A stretch of 64,000 nucleotides of DNA from Candidatus Eiseniibacteriota bacterium (GCA_963762255.1 CAVXKA010000002.1:768001-832000), one strand, 5' to 3'; counted from the first letter of the stretch, positions 39,279-55,468 are shown. Notes: generated by a model from the sequence alone, not told the origin. Program-made: numbers and translations.

Positions 39279-41050
39279 CCCTTCGGCGTGCGCGCGTCCG
39301 CCTCGGCGAGGAACCCGGCAATGAGGGCGTCGAGGCGGGTCTGCCCGCGCTCCGACGCTTTGGAGAAGGGCTCGCCCGGCTCGATGGACGCCACCGCCTC
39401 GAAGTAGTACTTGATCTTGGGTTCGGTGCCGCTCGGTCGAAGGATGATGCGCGAACCGCCTTCGAGTCGGTAGACGATTACGTTGCTCGCGGGAAGGTCC
39501 GTCGCGCTCTTGGCTCCGGTCGCGCAGTCGATCTCCTCACCGGTGCGCAGGTCCGCGCGGCGGACGATACGCGAACCACCGATCGCCTCGGGGGGCCGGC
39601 CGCGGAAAGCCTCCATGATGCTGCCGATGGCGGCAACGCCTTCGGACCCGGGCAGCGTCACGCTTCTCTGCGCGCTCACGTACAGACCGAATCGGCGATA
39701 GATCTCTTCCAGATAGTCGAGCACGGTCTTGGCGCGCGCACGGCAGAAAGCGGCCAGATCGGCGAAGACGAGCGCCGCGCCGATCCCGTCCTTGTCCCGA
39801 ACCAACTCACCCACTGTGTATCCCAGAGCTTCCTCGAAGCCGAACGCGAACCGCCACCCGCGGGCTGAGCGCAACTCCATCGCCTTGTTGGCTATCCACT
39901 TGAAACCGGTGAGGGTTTCCGCATAGTGGACGCCCAATTCAGCCGCCATCCGGCGGAGCTGTCCGGACGACACGATCGAGGTAATGACGAGAGACTCCCC
40001 CTCGCGGGGCGGGTTTTCGGTCAGCACGTAATAGGCAAGCAGGGCTCCGATCTGGTTGCCGGTCAGCGGCTGATAGGCTCCGTCGCGATCTCGTACGATC
40101 ACGGCAAGGCGGTCCGCATCCGGATCGTTGGCCAGGATGAGGTCGGCACCCTCCCGGCGGGCGAGACCCAGCGCCAGGTCCATCGCGCCCTTCTCCTCCG
40201 GGTTCGGGAACGCCACCGTCGGAAACTCGCCATCCGGCTCGGCCTGCTCGGGTACGACGCAGAGCCGCGAGAACCCGGCCCGGGCGAAGACCTGGCGGAC
40301 CCAGGCCCCTCCCACGCCGTGGAGCGGGCTGTAGACGATCGTGAGGTCCGTCGGGCTCTCGGGATGGCGGCGCAGAGCCAGGACTCCGGCAAGATAGGCC
40401 TCCCCCACCGCAGAGGGCACGTCGCGCCAGAGTCCGCGCGCGCGGGCCTCCGCTTCGCCGATGAGCGCCACCTCGCGAAGCGACCCCACCCCGTCGATGG
40501 CGGCGCTGATCCCCGCGTCATGGGGCGGAATGATCTGAGCGCCGTTGCTCCAGTAGACCTTGTATCCATTGTCGGCCCGCGGGTTGTGGCTCGCAGTGAC
40601 CATCACGGCGGCGGCGGCGCCGAGCGCCCCCACCGCATAGGCGGTCAGGGGGGTGGGCGCCACGTCCGCGAAGTAGTGAACGGGTATTCCCGCCGCGGTT
40701 AGCACCGCAGCGGTATCCTCGGCGAACTCCTTCGACATGCGGCGCCCGTCGCGACCCACGACCACGCCGCGGGTCTTCACATCGGGCACGCGGGCCAGGA
40801 GATAGCGCGCGAGACCGGCGGTCACCCGACGCACCACCGCCCGATTCATCCGGCCGGGACCTGCGCCGAGAGCGCCGCGCAGCCCGGCGGTGCCGAATTC
40901 AAGCCGCGCGCGGAACCGCTCGCGCAGTTCGTCGAGATCCTCGCGACGCATCAGATCCTCGAGTTCGGCACGCATCGCCGGGTCGGGATCGTCGGCGATC
41001 CAGGCACGGACCTGTTCGGTGAGCTCCTTCGCCTCCATGATGGTCTCCAC
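39275..41050 (-). CDS. Phosphoglucomutase/phosphomannomutase family protein
   Basis: FGTAGLRG, TASHNP, DPDADR, FEEALG, RPSGTEPK. Confidence 0.95.
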   Translation of the reverse strand: METIMEAKELTEQVRAWIADDPDPAMRAELEDLMRREDLDELRERFRARLEFGTAGLRGALGAGPGRMNRAVVRRVTAGLARYLLARVPDVKTRGVVVGRDGRRMSKEFAEDTAAVLTAAGIPVHYFADVAPTPLTAYAVGALGAAAAVMVTASHNPRADNGYKVYWSNGAQIIPPHDAGISAAIDGVGSLREVALIGEAEARARGLWRDVPSAVGEAYLAGVLALRRHPESPTDLTIVYSPLHGVGGAWVRQVFARAGFSRLCVVPEQAEPDGEFPTVAFPNPEEKGAMDLALGLARREGADLILANDPDADRLAVIVRDRDGAYQPLTGNQIGALLAYYVLTENPPREGESLVITSIVSSGQLRRMAAELGVHYAETLTGFKWIANKAMELRSARGWRFAFGFEEALGYTVGELVRDKDGIGAALVFADLAAFCRARAKTVLDYLEEIYRRFGLYVSAQRSVTLPGSEGVAAIGSIMEAFRGRPPEAIGGSRIVRRADLRTGEEIDCATGAKSATDLPASNVIVYRLEGGSRIILRPSGTEPKIKYYFEAVASIEPGEPFSKASERGQTRLDALIAGFLAEADARTPKG

Positions 41051-43420
41051 TCAAGACGGGGGTCGTGCGGGGACGGCGCCTTCCGGTGCCATGATCGGGG
41101 CCGTTGTGAACCCGAGACGATCCGCCACCTCGCCAAGAAGCGGGGCGGAGACGGCGTCCGGGGCGGCGCCGGGCCGCAGCCCCCTGCGCACCGCGCATGC
41201 ATACCAGACGTTCTGGGCCTCCCAGAGATCGGGAGAGGGGTCGAGCATGGCCGCGACGCGCAGCATGCCCAACAACTCCAGCGCCCCGCTCTCGGAGGGT
41301 TCGCGACAGAACGCCCGCGTCTCGCGCAAGAGCCGCAGGCTGAGAACATCGGCGAATCGCCGGTCGCCGCGGGCCAGTCCCAGGGCCTTGAACCTGGCCA
41401 GCCGATCCGCCCAGGCCGCTGCGCCGTTGCCCGTGCCGGGCGGCGAGAGCATCTCCGCGAGAAGGTCCTCCTGCCAGACGATCTCGAGGACCCGCGCCAG
41501 CGCACGGGGCGGGCGGATGCGGCGTGCCTCGAGAAACCGCACCACCGGATCGCGGGTATCGAGCAGGGTGCGCAGCCGGAGGACGGTCTTTCTCTCGAGA
41601 CGCTGCAGAAAACGATCCGAGAGGAGCTGGGCCGCCTCCGATCCGAGGTGCTCCACAGGGATCTCGATACGGTCCCCGCCGTCAGGGCCGTAAGCCCGCA
41701 TCCATGCGGGGGGGGCGATCGTGCGCTCCAGCCGGACGGACAGTCGGGGGGTTGCCTCCAGGATCACGTTGTAGTGGAAACCGCTCCGCACCATGGTTCG
41801 CCGGTGAGTCAGCTCGACAGTTCCCTCATCGCGGACATCGCTCGGAAGCACAACCGCGGCGAAGGCGGGAGGGGCCGGCACTTCACCTCGCCCCAGCCCC
41901 AGACGGCGGCCCAATACGGCCTCGGCAGCCACCTGCGGTGCTCCGACTCGCGACGTGGCGACGACCTCGCGGAACAAGTCGGCGCCCGTGCGGATCGGTT
42001 CGGAGTTGGTGCGCGCGCCGGCGAGGATACCCAGGAACTCCTCGTCGAGCGCGGCGGGGACGTCGGCCCCGCCCAGCTCCCTGGCCCGCGCCGCATAGCG
42101 GAGCACCTGCAGGGTCTCGATGCCGGCCAGATCGGCGAAGAACCAGCCGCAGGAAGTGAACATGAGCAATGCATGCCGCTCCATCTCGAGGAGCCGCCAC
42201 ACCTCGCTCGTGTCCGAAGCCGCGGGACAATGCGCATCGAGGAAGACGGCGCGCCGTTCCGGCGATGGGTCCAGCAGCACATCGATGTATGCGTCCCGCG
42301 CCACCCAGGGATCTCGGAAGAGACCCGCCCCGCGCTCCTCGAAGACCCGCGCAAGCCCGCGCCGCAGCGTCTGGAACGCCTCGTAGAGCGGAGCCCGCCA
42401 CTTCTGATTCCAACCGGGCTGGGCGCCCGTCGAGCACCCGCAGTCCGCGCGCCAGCGCTCGACGCCGTGCGAGCAACTCCAGGATCCTCGTTCGAGGACC
42501 TCCGCCTCCCAGAGCGGATGATAGGTGTCCAGGAACGCGGCGTAGTTGGTGAGCGTGATGTCCGGATGCTCCTGGACGCGGTTCAGCGCGTAGGCCAACG
42601 CCATCTCACCGAACCGATGATGGTGCCCGTAGGTCTCTCCGTCGGTCGCGATGTTGAGAAGCGGCGCGTCCGCCTTGCGCGTCAATGCGGCCTCGACCAG
42701 GCGGGCCGCGAACCGCTCGCCGTCCTCGAGAAGCCTCTCGAACGCGACTTCCCGCGCGACCCCCCCGTCATAGAAGAAGAGGGCCATATCGTGTCCGCCG
42801 ACCGTGCGATGACGGTAGCCCCGACCGAGATCGCCCGCTCCGACGTCCCGCCGCCACGGCGCGTCCCCGGTCGGACGAACGGCGGTGAGTTGCCATGGCG
42901 CAAGAACCGTGAATCGCACCCCTGCTTCAGCCAGAACGTCGAGGCTCTCGGGGTCGGCCGCCGTCTCGGGAAGCCACATCCCCTCGGCGGGCCGTCCGAA
43001 CACATGGCGGAACTGGGCCAGGCCCCAAAGGACCTGGGCTCGCTTGTCGCGGCGATCCAGCAGGGGAAGTATCGCGTGGTTGTACGCCTGGGCGATCGCG
43101 TTGCCATGCCCCAGGCGCAGCCTCGAATTGCGATCGGCATCCACCAGCGCAGTCAGCGTGGTCTCGCCATGCCGCGACATCCAATCCAGCAGCGTGGGCC
43201 CGAAATTGAACGAGAGACGTTCGTAGTTGTCGACAATCGCTGCTATGCGTTGACGATGGTCCAGGACACGCGCGGCGCGGTTCGGGGCATAGCATTCGCG
43301 CAGGACGCGCGCGTTCCAATCATGGAAGGGCCGCGCCGAGGGCTCGGCGTCGACGCGCTCCGTCCAGGGGTTCTCGCGAGGAGGCTGATAGAAGTGTCCG
43401 TGAACGATGACGTATCGCAC
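41051..43420 (-). CDS. Glycoside hydrolase family 57, DUF3536-containing
   Basis: HGHFYQPPRENPW, SFNFGPTL, WLPETA, ATDGETYGHH, WSCSHGVERW, MFTSCGWFF. Confidence 0.93.
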   Translation of the reverse strand: MRYVIVHGHFYQPPRENPWTERVDAEPSARPFHDWNARVLRECYAPNRAARVLDHRQRIAAIVDNYERLSFNFGPTLLDWMSRHGETTLTALVDADRNSRLRLGHGNAIAQAYNHAILPLLDRRDKRAQVLWGLAQFRHVFGRPAEGMWLPETAADPESLDVLAEAGVRFTVLAPWQLTAVRPTGDAPWRRDVGAGDLGRGYRHRTVGGHDMALFFYDGGVAREVAFERLLEDGERFAARLVEAALTRKADAPLLNIATDGETYGHHHRFGEMALAYALNRVQEHPDITLTNYAAFLDTYHPLWEAEVLERGSWSCSHGVERWRADCGCSTGAQPGWNQKWRAPLYEAFQTLRRGLARVFEERGAGLFRDPWVARDAYIDVLLDPSPERRAVFLDAHCPAASDTSEVWRLLEMERHALLMFTSCGWFFADLAGIETLQVLRYAARARELGGADVPAALDEEFLGILAGARTNSEPIRTGADLFREVVATSRVGAPQVAAEAVLGRRLGLGRGEVPAPPAFAAVVLPSDVRDEGTVELTHRRTMVRSGFHYNVILEATPRLSVRLERTIAPPAWMRAYGPDGGDRIEIPVEHLGSEAAQLLSDRFLQRLERKTVLRLRTLLDTRDPVVRFLEARRIRPPRALARVLEIVWQEDLLAEMLSPPGTGNGAAAWADRLARFKALGLARGDRRFADVLSLRLLRETRAFCREPSESGALELLGMLRVAAMLDPSPDLWEAQNVWYACAVRRGLRPGAAPDAVSAPLLGEVADRLGFTTAPIMAPEGAVPARPPS

Positions 43421-43480
43421 CGGGACATTTTACGCGGAGGGAGCCGCCAAGCCCAGGGGGGCGCGGGGAAACCGACGGGA

Positions 43481-43518
43481 AAAGAAAAAGGCCCGGATCT
43501 CCTTCGAGATCCGGGCCT
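43481..43518 (-). terminator. Intrinsic terminator of the rRNA operon
   Basis: Minus strand AGGCCCGGATCTC-GAAG-GAGATCCGGGCCT followed by TTTTCTTT. Confidence 0.85.
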
Positions 43519-43554
43519 CGGCTCATCCGCGGATCTCTCGATCCGCCAAGAAAA

Positions 43555-43672
<118 letters not shown>

Positions 43673-43827
43673 AAAAATCAGGTTCGAACGGCGCGGGAGC
43701 GCAGGCCTCATTCCGCTGCGGTCAGCGGTCTTCAGCGGCCCGTCTCCGCTTCGCCTCGAACCATGAAGAAATGACAACCGAAGAATGCGAATCGAATTGC
43801 CGATTTGACCAGGCACTAAGAAGTAAA

Positions 43828-46862
<3,035 letters not shown>

Positions 46863-47044
46863 AAAAATCCGGTCTTACCCCTTGGTGCTTGGCAAATCTG
46901 CATTGGCAGCAATTCTCCGTCCCGGGCGAACCCGGAACGTGAAGAATCGCGCTTACTCGATTCGCAAATCTTCGGTTGTCAAAGATCTCGTCGCGGCGAC
47001 CTTCCCCCGGGAAGGTGGCCGCGCTCGTAAGAAAGCTGTTCGAC

Positions 47045-47120
47045 TGGTGGAGATAACCGGGATCGAACCGGTAACCTCCGGCTTGCAAAGCCGGCGCTCT
47101 CCCAATTGAGCTATATCCCC
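47045..47120 (-). tRNA. tRNA-Ala(TGC)
   Basis: GGGGATATAGCTCAATTGGGAGAGCGCCGGCTTTGCAAGCCGG...GGTTCGATCCC...CTCCACCA. Confidence 0.97.
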
Positions 47121-47151
47121 AAGCCTGTCATGGCTTGCCGCTCACGCAGCG

Positions 47152-47228
<77 letters not shown>

Positions 47229-47451
47229 GCGAACCAGATGGAAGAGCGGCCCTCATGGCCGCATTTCCTGATCCTGCAGGGCCCGGTTGCCAGGGCGTTC
47301 GTGAGGAATCCTTCGGAGGATCTGCTTCACGCGCCACGCACCCTGCCGTGATGAAGGAAGAATTAATGGTGTGCGTGCAGGGAGCTCGTCGAGTCGACCT
47401 CGGAGACTGGAGTTCTTCCTCCGCCGAAGCGGCATCGGAACCCTTGCTCCA

Positions 47452-49011
<1,560 letters not shown>

Positions 49012-49140
49012 CAAAAAACACGGAGCGAAGCCGATCGATGACGAATCACCGACCGCTTCACTAGAATTGCAAGATTACCCACCCGGCTTGCACCGAGCGG
49101 GCCACCTCACGGCGGGCTCATCACTACACGCACACCATTA

Positions 49141-49155
49141 AACTGTCAAAGACCT
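49141..49155 (-). promoter_or_regulatory. boxA-like antitermination element in the rrn leader
   Basis: Minus strand AGGTCTTTGACAGTT. Confidence 0.55.
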
Positions 49156-49247
49156 TGGGTTCCTGGGCCCGAAGGCTCGGGGAGAGCCCGATGGCCACGG
49201 GAACGAGTCTGAGAGGAACGCCGTGCCCCTGTCAGACGCGGACGAGC

Positions 49248-49276
49248 ATCATACTCATGCCCCCAAACACGGTCAA
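49248..49276 (-). promoter_or_regulatory. Sigma70 promoter of the rRNA operon
   Basis: TTGACC-N17-TATGAT on the minus strand with an AT-rich upstream tract. Confidence 0.75.
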
Positions 49277-49491
49277 GCATGTTTCTGCACTTTTCTTCGA
49301 CTCTTTCCGCACGAAGTCATAACCACCAACAGCACAATAAATTACACTCAGCGCAGGCTCGTCCAGGCCGGCCTCTCCCCTCACCCTCTGCGGGGCCTCT
49401 TTTTTTCGGAGCAGCTCGTAACATGCACTGCTGCAATTCGTTGCGGTTCGACTGTCGCAGTCGATGCCTCCGCTCTCTGAGGCCGCGCTGA

Positions 49492-50718
49492 TCACGCCTT
49501 CTCGACCTGCGCTCGTGCCCAGGCGCGTTTCCCCACACGAATCTCATACGCGCGGGGCCTGGGCGAGAGCACGGCGAGTTCGCTCTCCACGCGTTCCGCA
49601 TCCACACGCACCGCGTTGGCCTGAATGAGTCGGCGCGCGTCGCTCTTGGACTTGACCAACCCGCATGCGGCGAGCGCGTCGACAATACCTACGCCATCTG
49701 CCTGTCCGGAGAGCACGAATGTCGGCATGTCATCCGGCGGGCGCCCGTCGCGAAACATGCGGTCGAACTCCGCCGAGGCCTCTTCCCCCGCCTCCGCCGT
49801 GTGATACATGCCCACGATGCGGCGCGCGAGTTCCGCCTTCACGTCTCGAGGATTCGTGCCCCTCGCGGCCAGGCGCGTCCGTATTCCTTCCAGCTCGTCG
49901 ACGCCGGCATCGGTGGCGAGAAGGAAGTATCTGTGGATCAGCGCATCCGGGATGGACATCACCTTGCCGAACATCTCGCGCGGCGGTTCATCCACCCCGA
50001 TGTAGTTCCCCGTGCTCTTGCTCATGCGCATCACCCCGTCCACACCCTCGAGGATGGGCGTGGTGATGATGACCTGCGGTTCCTGGCCGTGGGCCTCCTG
50101 CAGGGTGCGCCCCATGAGCAGGTTGAATTTCTGGTCGGTGCCCCCCAACTCCACGTCCGCCCGGACGGCCACCGAGTCATAACCTTGCATGATCGGGTAG
50201 AAGAACTCGTGAATGGAGATGGGGCGTCCGGCGCGGTAGCGTTTCTCGAAATCGTCGCGCTCGAGCATCCGCGCGACCGTGAACCTGGAAGCCAACCCCA
50301 TGATCTCCATGAAGCTCATCTTGGAGAACCACTCCCCGTTCCAGCGCACCTCGGCACGACCCTCATCCACGACCTTGAAGAACTGCCTCAGGTAGGTTTC
50401 GGCGTTCTGGCGCACCTGGTCATGGGTCAGGCGAGGCCGGGTCTCGCTGCGTCCGGTGGGATCGCCCACCATGCCGGTGTAGTCACCCACGATGAGCACG
50501 ACCCGGTGTCCAAGATCCTGAAAAGCCCGCAGCTTGCGCAACCCCACGGCGTGCCCCAGGTGAATGTCGGGAGCCGAGGGATCGAAGCCCATTTTCACGC
50601 GAAGCGGCACCCCGCTGGCCGACGACCGCTCCAACTTACGGACAAGATCCTCCTCGGGGATCACCTCTTCGGTGCCCGAGCGGATGCTCTCGACTTGCTC
50701 ACGAACCGGAATTGCCAT
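49492..50718 (-). CDS. tyrS: Tyrosine--tRNA ligase
   Basis: [35 protein letters not shown]-terminal S4 domain. Confidence 0.97.
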   Translation of the reverse strand: MAIPVREQVESIRSGTEEVIPEEDLVRKLERSSASGVPLRVKMGFDPSAPDIHLGHAVGLRKLRAFQDLGHRVVLIVGDYTGMVGDPTGRSETRPRLTHDQVRQNAETYLRQFFKVVDEGRAEVRWNGEWFSKMSFMEIMGLASRFTVARMLERDDFEKRYRAGRPISIHEFFYPIMQGYDSVAVRADVELGGTDQKFNLLMGRTLQEAHGQEPQVIITTPILEGVDGVMRMSKSTGNYIGVDEPPREMFGKVMSIPDALIHRYFLLATDAGVDELEGIRTRLAARGTNPRDVKAELARRIVGMYHTAEAGEEASAEFDRMFRDGRPPDDMPTFVLSGQADGVGIVDALAACGLVKSKSDARRLIQANAVRVDAERVESELAVLSPRPRAYEIRVGKRAWARAQVEKA

Positions 50719-50824
50719 GGCTCCTGGATCCTCCTGCCGATGAGGCCGGTCAGTCTATCACCGAACCGGGGGCCTCCCCACCCGGGCTTTGACCGTCTCC
50801 ATCCCCGCCGGTTACCATCGTAGG

Positions 50825-52930
50825 GTGAAGATCTTTCTGTACTCCTTCCTCGCATTCCTCCTCGCCGGCGTTCTGGCCCTCATCGTGATCATCAAGGTCG
50901 TGGGGCGCGATCTGCCGTCCCCCGCCAGGCTCCAGGCCATTTCTCCCGCGGTGAAGACCAAGGTGTTGGATAGAGAGGGTCGCCTGATCGGCGAGTTCTA
51001 CCGGGAGAACCGGACCCTGGTGAAGCTTGACGACGTCCCCGCCGACCTCGTGAATGCGTTCCTCTCGGTGGAAGACCGCCGGTTCTTCGACCACTGGGGG
51101 GTCAACCTTCCTTCAGTAATTCGTTCCAGCCTTCGCAACGTCTTCAGCCTGCGGGTGCGCGAGGGAGCAAGTACGATCACCCAGCAGTTGGCCCGAAACC
51201 TCTTTCTGACCCACGAACGGACCTTCTCGCGAAAGGTCAAGGAAGCGGTCCTCGCCGTGCGCATCGAGCAGAACTACTCGAAGCGTGAGATCCTCGAGAT
51301 GTACCTGAACGAGATCTACTTCGGAGATAGCGCCTACGGAGTGCAAGCGGCCGCGAGACGCTACTTCGGCAAAGACGTCGGCGATCTCACCCTCCCTGAA
51401 AGCGCGCTCCTGGCCGGCGTGGTGCGCAATCCCCTCGCCTATTCCCCGCGCCGACACCCCGAGGCGGCCCAGCGACGGCGGGCGATCGTGCTGCGGTCCA
51501 TGGAGTCCTGCGGCTACATCACCCGCGAACAACTGCAGGCGGCCATGGAGGATTCCGTCTCGGTGGCGGCCGCGTCGCTCAACCCGGACAATGCCCCCTA
51601 TTTCATGGAGATGGTCCGCCAGGTCCTGGAAGCGGAGTTCGGGAGCGAGGCCATCTACGAGGGCGGCCTCGTCGTTCACACCACGCTCGATCTCCCCCTC
51701 CAGCAGGAGGCGGAGCGCGTTCTCGAGAATCATCTCAACAAGCTCGAGGACTCCATCCAGCCCAAGATGAGCAGAGCGGGCTACCTCCTGCGCAAGGAGC
51801 GGGGGGACGACCCGCCCGTGGAATACATACAGGGGGCGGCCATGGTGCTGGACGTCGGCACCGGGGCGATACGAGTCCTCATCGGCGGCCGCAGCTTCGA
51901 GGAGAGCAAGTTCAACCGCGCGGTGATGGCAATGCGTCAACCCGGGTCCGCGTTCAAGCCGTTCATATACCTGGCCGCGATCGAGAAAGGCTTCTATCCG
52001 TCCTACACGGTTGTGGACGCCCCGATCGTCTTCTACGAACGCGGGCAGGCTCCCTGGCGGCCGCAGAACTATGATCACCAATACCACGGGCCGGTCACGC
52101 TTCGCTACGCCCTTCAGAAGTCGCTGAACATCCCCACCATCAAGATCCAGGAGGAGGTGGGGACGGAGAAGGTGATCCAGGTCGCCCGCGCCGCCGGCAT
52201 CGAGACCCCGATCCCGCAGTTTCGCAGCATCGCGCTCGGCACCGCCGAGGTCACGCTGCGTGACCTCACCTACGCGTACGCGGTATTCGCCAACGAGGGA
52301 ATCCGGGTCGATCCGATCTTCATCAACCGGATCGAGGACCACGCCGGCAACCTGCTCAAGGAGTGGAAGCCGAAGCGTCGAGAGGTGCTGCCCGCGGCCC
52401 CGGTCGCCGTCCTCGTCGACATGATGCAGTCCGTGATGGACCATGGGACCGGCGCTCCCGCCCGCACGATGGGATTCAGACTTCCCGCCGCGGGCAAGAC
52501 CGGTACGACGGATGACTACACCGACGCATGGTTCGTGGGATTCACCCCGCATGTGGTCTGCGGAGTGTGGGTGGGCTACGACAAGCGCAAGCCGATCGGC
52601 CGTGGCATGACCGGCTCCGAGGCCGCACTTCCAATCTGGGCACCGATCATGATCGCGGCCACGAAGGGAAGCGCCCCCGATAATTTCAGCGCCCCCGAAG
52701 GCGTCGTGATCCGCGATGTCTGTGACGAGACCGGGCTCCTGGCCACTCCCGCGTGCCCGGCGGTGACGGCAGAGGAGTTCCTTGCCGGCCGGGTTCCCAC
52801 GGAAAGGTGCTACCTGCACGGCGCTTCGTTCGACCTGAGACTCCGCAACCGGTGGACCGATCTGCGCAAGAAGGACTGGAAGCAGGAAAAGGAAGAGGAA
52901 CGCCAGGTGAAGGAGCCGGGCCGACCCTAG
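50825..52930 (+). CDS. Class A penicillin-binding protein (PBP1A family)
   Basis: EDRRF, GASTITQQL, RKVKE; SAFK, SLN, KTG. Confidence 0.95.
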   Translation: MKIFLYSFLAFLLAGVLALIVIIKVVGRDLPSPARLQAISPAVKTKVLDREGRLIGEFYRENRTLVKLDDVPADLVNAFLSVEDRRFFDHWGVNLPSVIRSSLRNVFSLRVREGASTITQQLARNLFLTHERTFSRKVKEAVLAVRIEQNYSKREILEMYLNEIYFGDSAYGVQAAARRYFGKDVGDLTLPESALLAGVVRNPLAYSPRRHPEAAQRRRAIVLRSMESCGYITREQLQAAMEDSVSVAAASLNPDNAPYFMEMVRQVLEAEFGSEAIYEGGLVVHTTLDLPLQQEAERVLENHLNKLEDSIQPKMSRAGYLLRKERGDDPPVEYIQGAAMVLDVGTGAIRVLIGGRSFEESKFNRAVMAMRQPGSAFKPFIYLAAIEKGFYPSYTVVDAPIVFYERGQAPWRPQNYDHQYHGPVTLRYALQKSLNIPTIKIQEEVGTEKVIQVARAAGIETPIPQFRSIALGTAEVTLRDLTYAYAVFANEGIRVDPIFINRIEDHAGNLLKEWKPKRREVLPAAPVAVLVDMMQSVMDHGTGAPARTMGFRLPAAGKTGTTDDYTDAWFVGFTPHVVCGVWVGYDKRKPIGRGMTGSEAALPIWAPIMIAATKGSAPDNFSAPEGVVIRDVCDETGLLATPACPAVTAEEFLAGRVPTERCYLHGASFDLRLRNRWTDLRKKDWKQEKEEERQVKEPGRP

Positions 52931-54150
52931 CGGGATCTCTGCGGCGCGCGCACCGCGTCGTCGAAAGCATCGAGCGCGGGCAGCGCGTTCCCTTCGAAAT
53001 CGAACAGGGCCACGTTTTCCCAGGCCGATCCGAACTTGCGCGTCGAGATCCAGTCCGGTGCCCAGTAGAACATCCCGGCTCCTCGGCCACCGGCGATTCC
53101 CAGCAGGATCGAGCGCTCCGCCTCTAAGAACGCGCGCTGTCCTTCCGGGCTCGCCGGATACCCGGGCAAGAGCTGTCCCGGCTCTCCCACCAGGTTGTGG
53201 GTGGTGTCGCTCCATGCCAAGGTCCACGGGTACGCGGTTTCGACCACCAACACCGGCTTTCGATACCGCTCGGACAAGTCGTCCAGGTTGGCCCTGAGAT
53301 CGTCGAAGCTCCCATGCCACCACGGGTAGTACGAGACGCCGATCAGGTCGAACGGCACGCCCTCGGCGAGTGCGCGATCGAAGAAACGGCGACAGACTTC
53401 GTTGTTCCCCCCGGCGTCGACATGGAGAAGGATCTTGGGAGCCCGCCCTGGTGCGGCTCCCTCCCGCGCACCTGCCGCCCCCGCCGCGAGCAGGGCCGCG
53501 AAGCGAGGCCAGTTGGCATCGTGCGCGCCTCCCACCCTGCCGGCCTCCCAGAGGAATCCGCCGGTGATCTCATTGCCGATCTGCACGATGTCGGGAGACG
53601 CACCCTCGTCGCGCATCGCGGCAACGACGCTCGCGGTGTAGTCGTGCACCGCCCGCACGAGATCGGGAAACGCCAGGCCCTCCCACGCAGCCGGCATCGT
53701 CTGACGGCCCGGATCCGCCCAGGTGTCCGAGTAGTGGATGTCGAGCAGCACACCGAGGCCCAGCCCCTTCGCGCGCCGGGCCGTGCGAATCGTGGCGCCG
53801 AGGCCGCAGACGCCATCCGGCGGCGTGTGCCAGACCCGCAGCCGCACGATGTTGACCCCGTGATCGCGGAAGATCTCGAGCGCGTCGCGCTCGCCCGCTG
53901 CGTCTCGGTAGGTGCCGCCGCCGGTTTCGACCTGCTCCAGGAAGGAGACGTCCACGCCGTTGAGGAACGCGGCGGTCGACTCCGAAAGATCGAGCGTCGC
54001 GGGGCCGGTGCGCGGAGCGCAGCCGGGAAGCGCCGTCGCCAGCGTCACGGCCATCGTCACTGCCAACGCCAACGCGGCGACACGCGTCGACACCCGCACC
54101 GGGGCTGGGATCACCCGCGGCGCGGCACCTGCACGTGTCGACGACAACAC
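52927..54150 (-). CDS. GH53 endo-beta-1,4-galactanase, probable lipoprotein
   Basis: GVDVS, RLRVW, HYSDTWADPG, QIGNE, SYYPWWHG, VETAY; LPGC lipobox; start uncertain. Confidence 0.9.
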   Translation of the reverse strand: MLSSTRAGAAPRVIPAPVRVSTRVAALALAVTMAVTLATALPGCAPRTGPATLDLSESTAAFLNGVDVSFLEQVETGGGTYRDAAGERDALEIFRDHGVNIVRLRVWHTPPDGVCGLGATIRTARRAKGLGLGVLLDIHYSDTWADPGRQTMPAAWEGLAFPDLVRAVHDYTASVVAAMRDEGASPDIVQIGNEITGGFLWEAGRVGGAHDANWPRFAALLAAGAAGAREGAAPGRAPKILLHVDAGGNNEVCRRFFDRALAEGVPFDLIGVSYYPWWHGSFDDLRANLDDLSERYRKPVLVVETAYPWTLAWSDTTHNLVGEPGQLLPGYPASPEGQRAFLEAERSILLGIAGGRGAGMFYWAPDWISTRKFGSAWENVALFDFEGNALPALDAFDDAVRAPQRSR

Positions 54151-55457
54151 TAGCCTCCGAACGCCTCCGCCAATGCCTCGCGGCCCGCTTCCAGCGTGCG
54201 ATCGATGTCGGCCTCGGTGTGCGCCAGCGAGATGAACCCCGCCTCGAACTGCGACGGCGCGAGGTAGATCCCGCGACGCAGCATTCCATGGAAGTAGCGC
54301 GCGAACGCCGCGGTGTCCGAGCCCTTCGCATCGTCGTAGTTGCGGATGTCGCCGGTGCGGAAGTAGAGGCAGGACATCGAACCCACGCGTAGGTAGGTGA
54401 GCGGATAGCTCCGCTCCCCGATCACCGCGCGCATGCCGTCTTCCATGCGCTGCGCCAACGTTTCGAGCCGGTCGTAGGCGGCGGCGTCAAGCCGGCTCAG
54501 CGTGGCCATCCCCGCCGCCACCGCGAGCGGGTTCCCGGAGAGAGTCCCCGCCTGGTAGACCGGGCCGGCCGGAGCGAGCATCTCCATGATCTTCGCCGAG
54601 CCGCCGTAAGCGCCGACGGGAAGTCCTCCGCCGATGATCTTGCCGAGCGTGACGAGGTCACCATGAACGCCGTAGCGCTCCTGTGCGCCGCCCCGAGCCA
54701 CTCGGAACCCGGTCATCACCTCATCCATGACGAGGAGCGCGCCCTCGGCCTCGGTGACCGCGCGCAGTCCCGCAAGGAATCCCGGGTCGGGGGGGATGAG
54801 CCCCATGTTGCCCGCCACCGGCTCCACGAAGACCGCAGCGATGTCGCCCGGATGCGCGCGGAAGAGCGCCCTCACCTCATCGAGGTTGTTGAACGCCGCC
54901 AACAGCGTGTCGGCCACCACCGTGTCCGTCACGCCGGGACTGGTGGGCACGCCGAGAGTGGTCGCGCCGGAGCCCGCTTGCACCAGAAACGCGTCGCCGT
55001 GTCCGTGGTAGCAGCCCACGAACTTCACGAACTTCCGCCGTCCGGTGTAGGCGCGAGCGAGCCGCAGCGCGGACATCGTGGCCTCGGTGCCGCTGTTCAC
55101 CAGTCGCAACATCTCGATGTTGCTCACGCGCAGAGAAACTAAACGCGCGAGACTGGTCTCGCCTTCCGTGGGGGCGCCGTAGCTCGTGCCGCGCCCCGCC
55201 GCCGTGCGCACCGCCTCCACCACCGCGGGATGCGCGTGCCCGAGAATCATCGGTCCCCAGGATCCCACGTAGTCGATGTACTCGTTGCCGTCGATGTCGA
55301 AGACCTTGGCGCCGCTTGCGACGGCGATGAAGGGGGGATCGCCCCCCACGCCCCCGAACGCGCGCACCGGAGAGTTGACGCCACCGGGGATGACCCGACG
55401 TGCCGCATCCATGGCGAGGCGGCTGAGCTCGTATCGCGGTGTCTTGGACGATGCCAT
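54150..55457 (-). CDS. hemL: Glutamate-1-semialdehyde 2,1-aminomutase
   Basis: PGGVNSPVRAF, NSGTEATM, DEVMTGFR, GKIIGGG, YQAGTLSGNP. Confidence 0.97.
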   Translation of the reverse strand: MASSKTPRYELSRLAMDAARRVIPGGVNSPVRAFGGVGGDPPFIAVASGAKVFDIDGNEYIDYVGSWGPMILGHAHPAVVEAVRTAAGRGTSYGAPTEGETSLARLVSLRVSNIEMLRLVNSGTEATMSALRLARAYTGRRKFVKFVGCYHGHGDAFLVQAGSGATTLGVPTSPGVTDTVVADTLLAAFNNLDEVRALFRAHPGDIAAVFVEPVAGNMGLIPPDPGFLAGLRAVTEAEGALLVMDEVMTGFRVARGGAQERYGVHGDLVTLGKIIGGGLPVGAYGGSAKIMEMLAPAGPVYQAGTLSGNPLAVAAGMATLSRLDAAAYDRLETLAQRMEDGMRAVIGERSYPLTYLRVGSMSCLYFRTGDIRNYDDAKGSDTAAFARYFHGMLRRGIYLAPSQFEAGFISLAHTEADIDRTLEAGREALAEAFGG

Positions 55458-55468
55458 CTTCGCTTCCC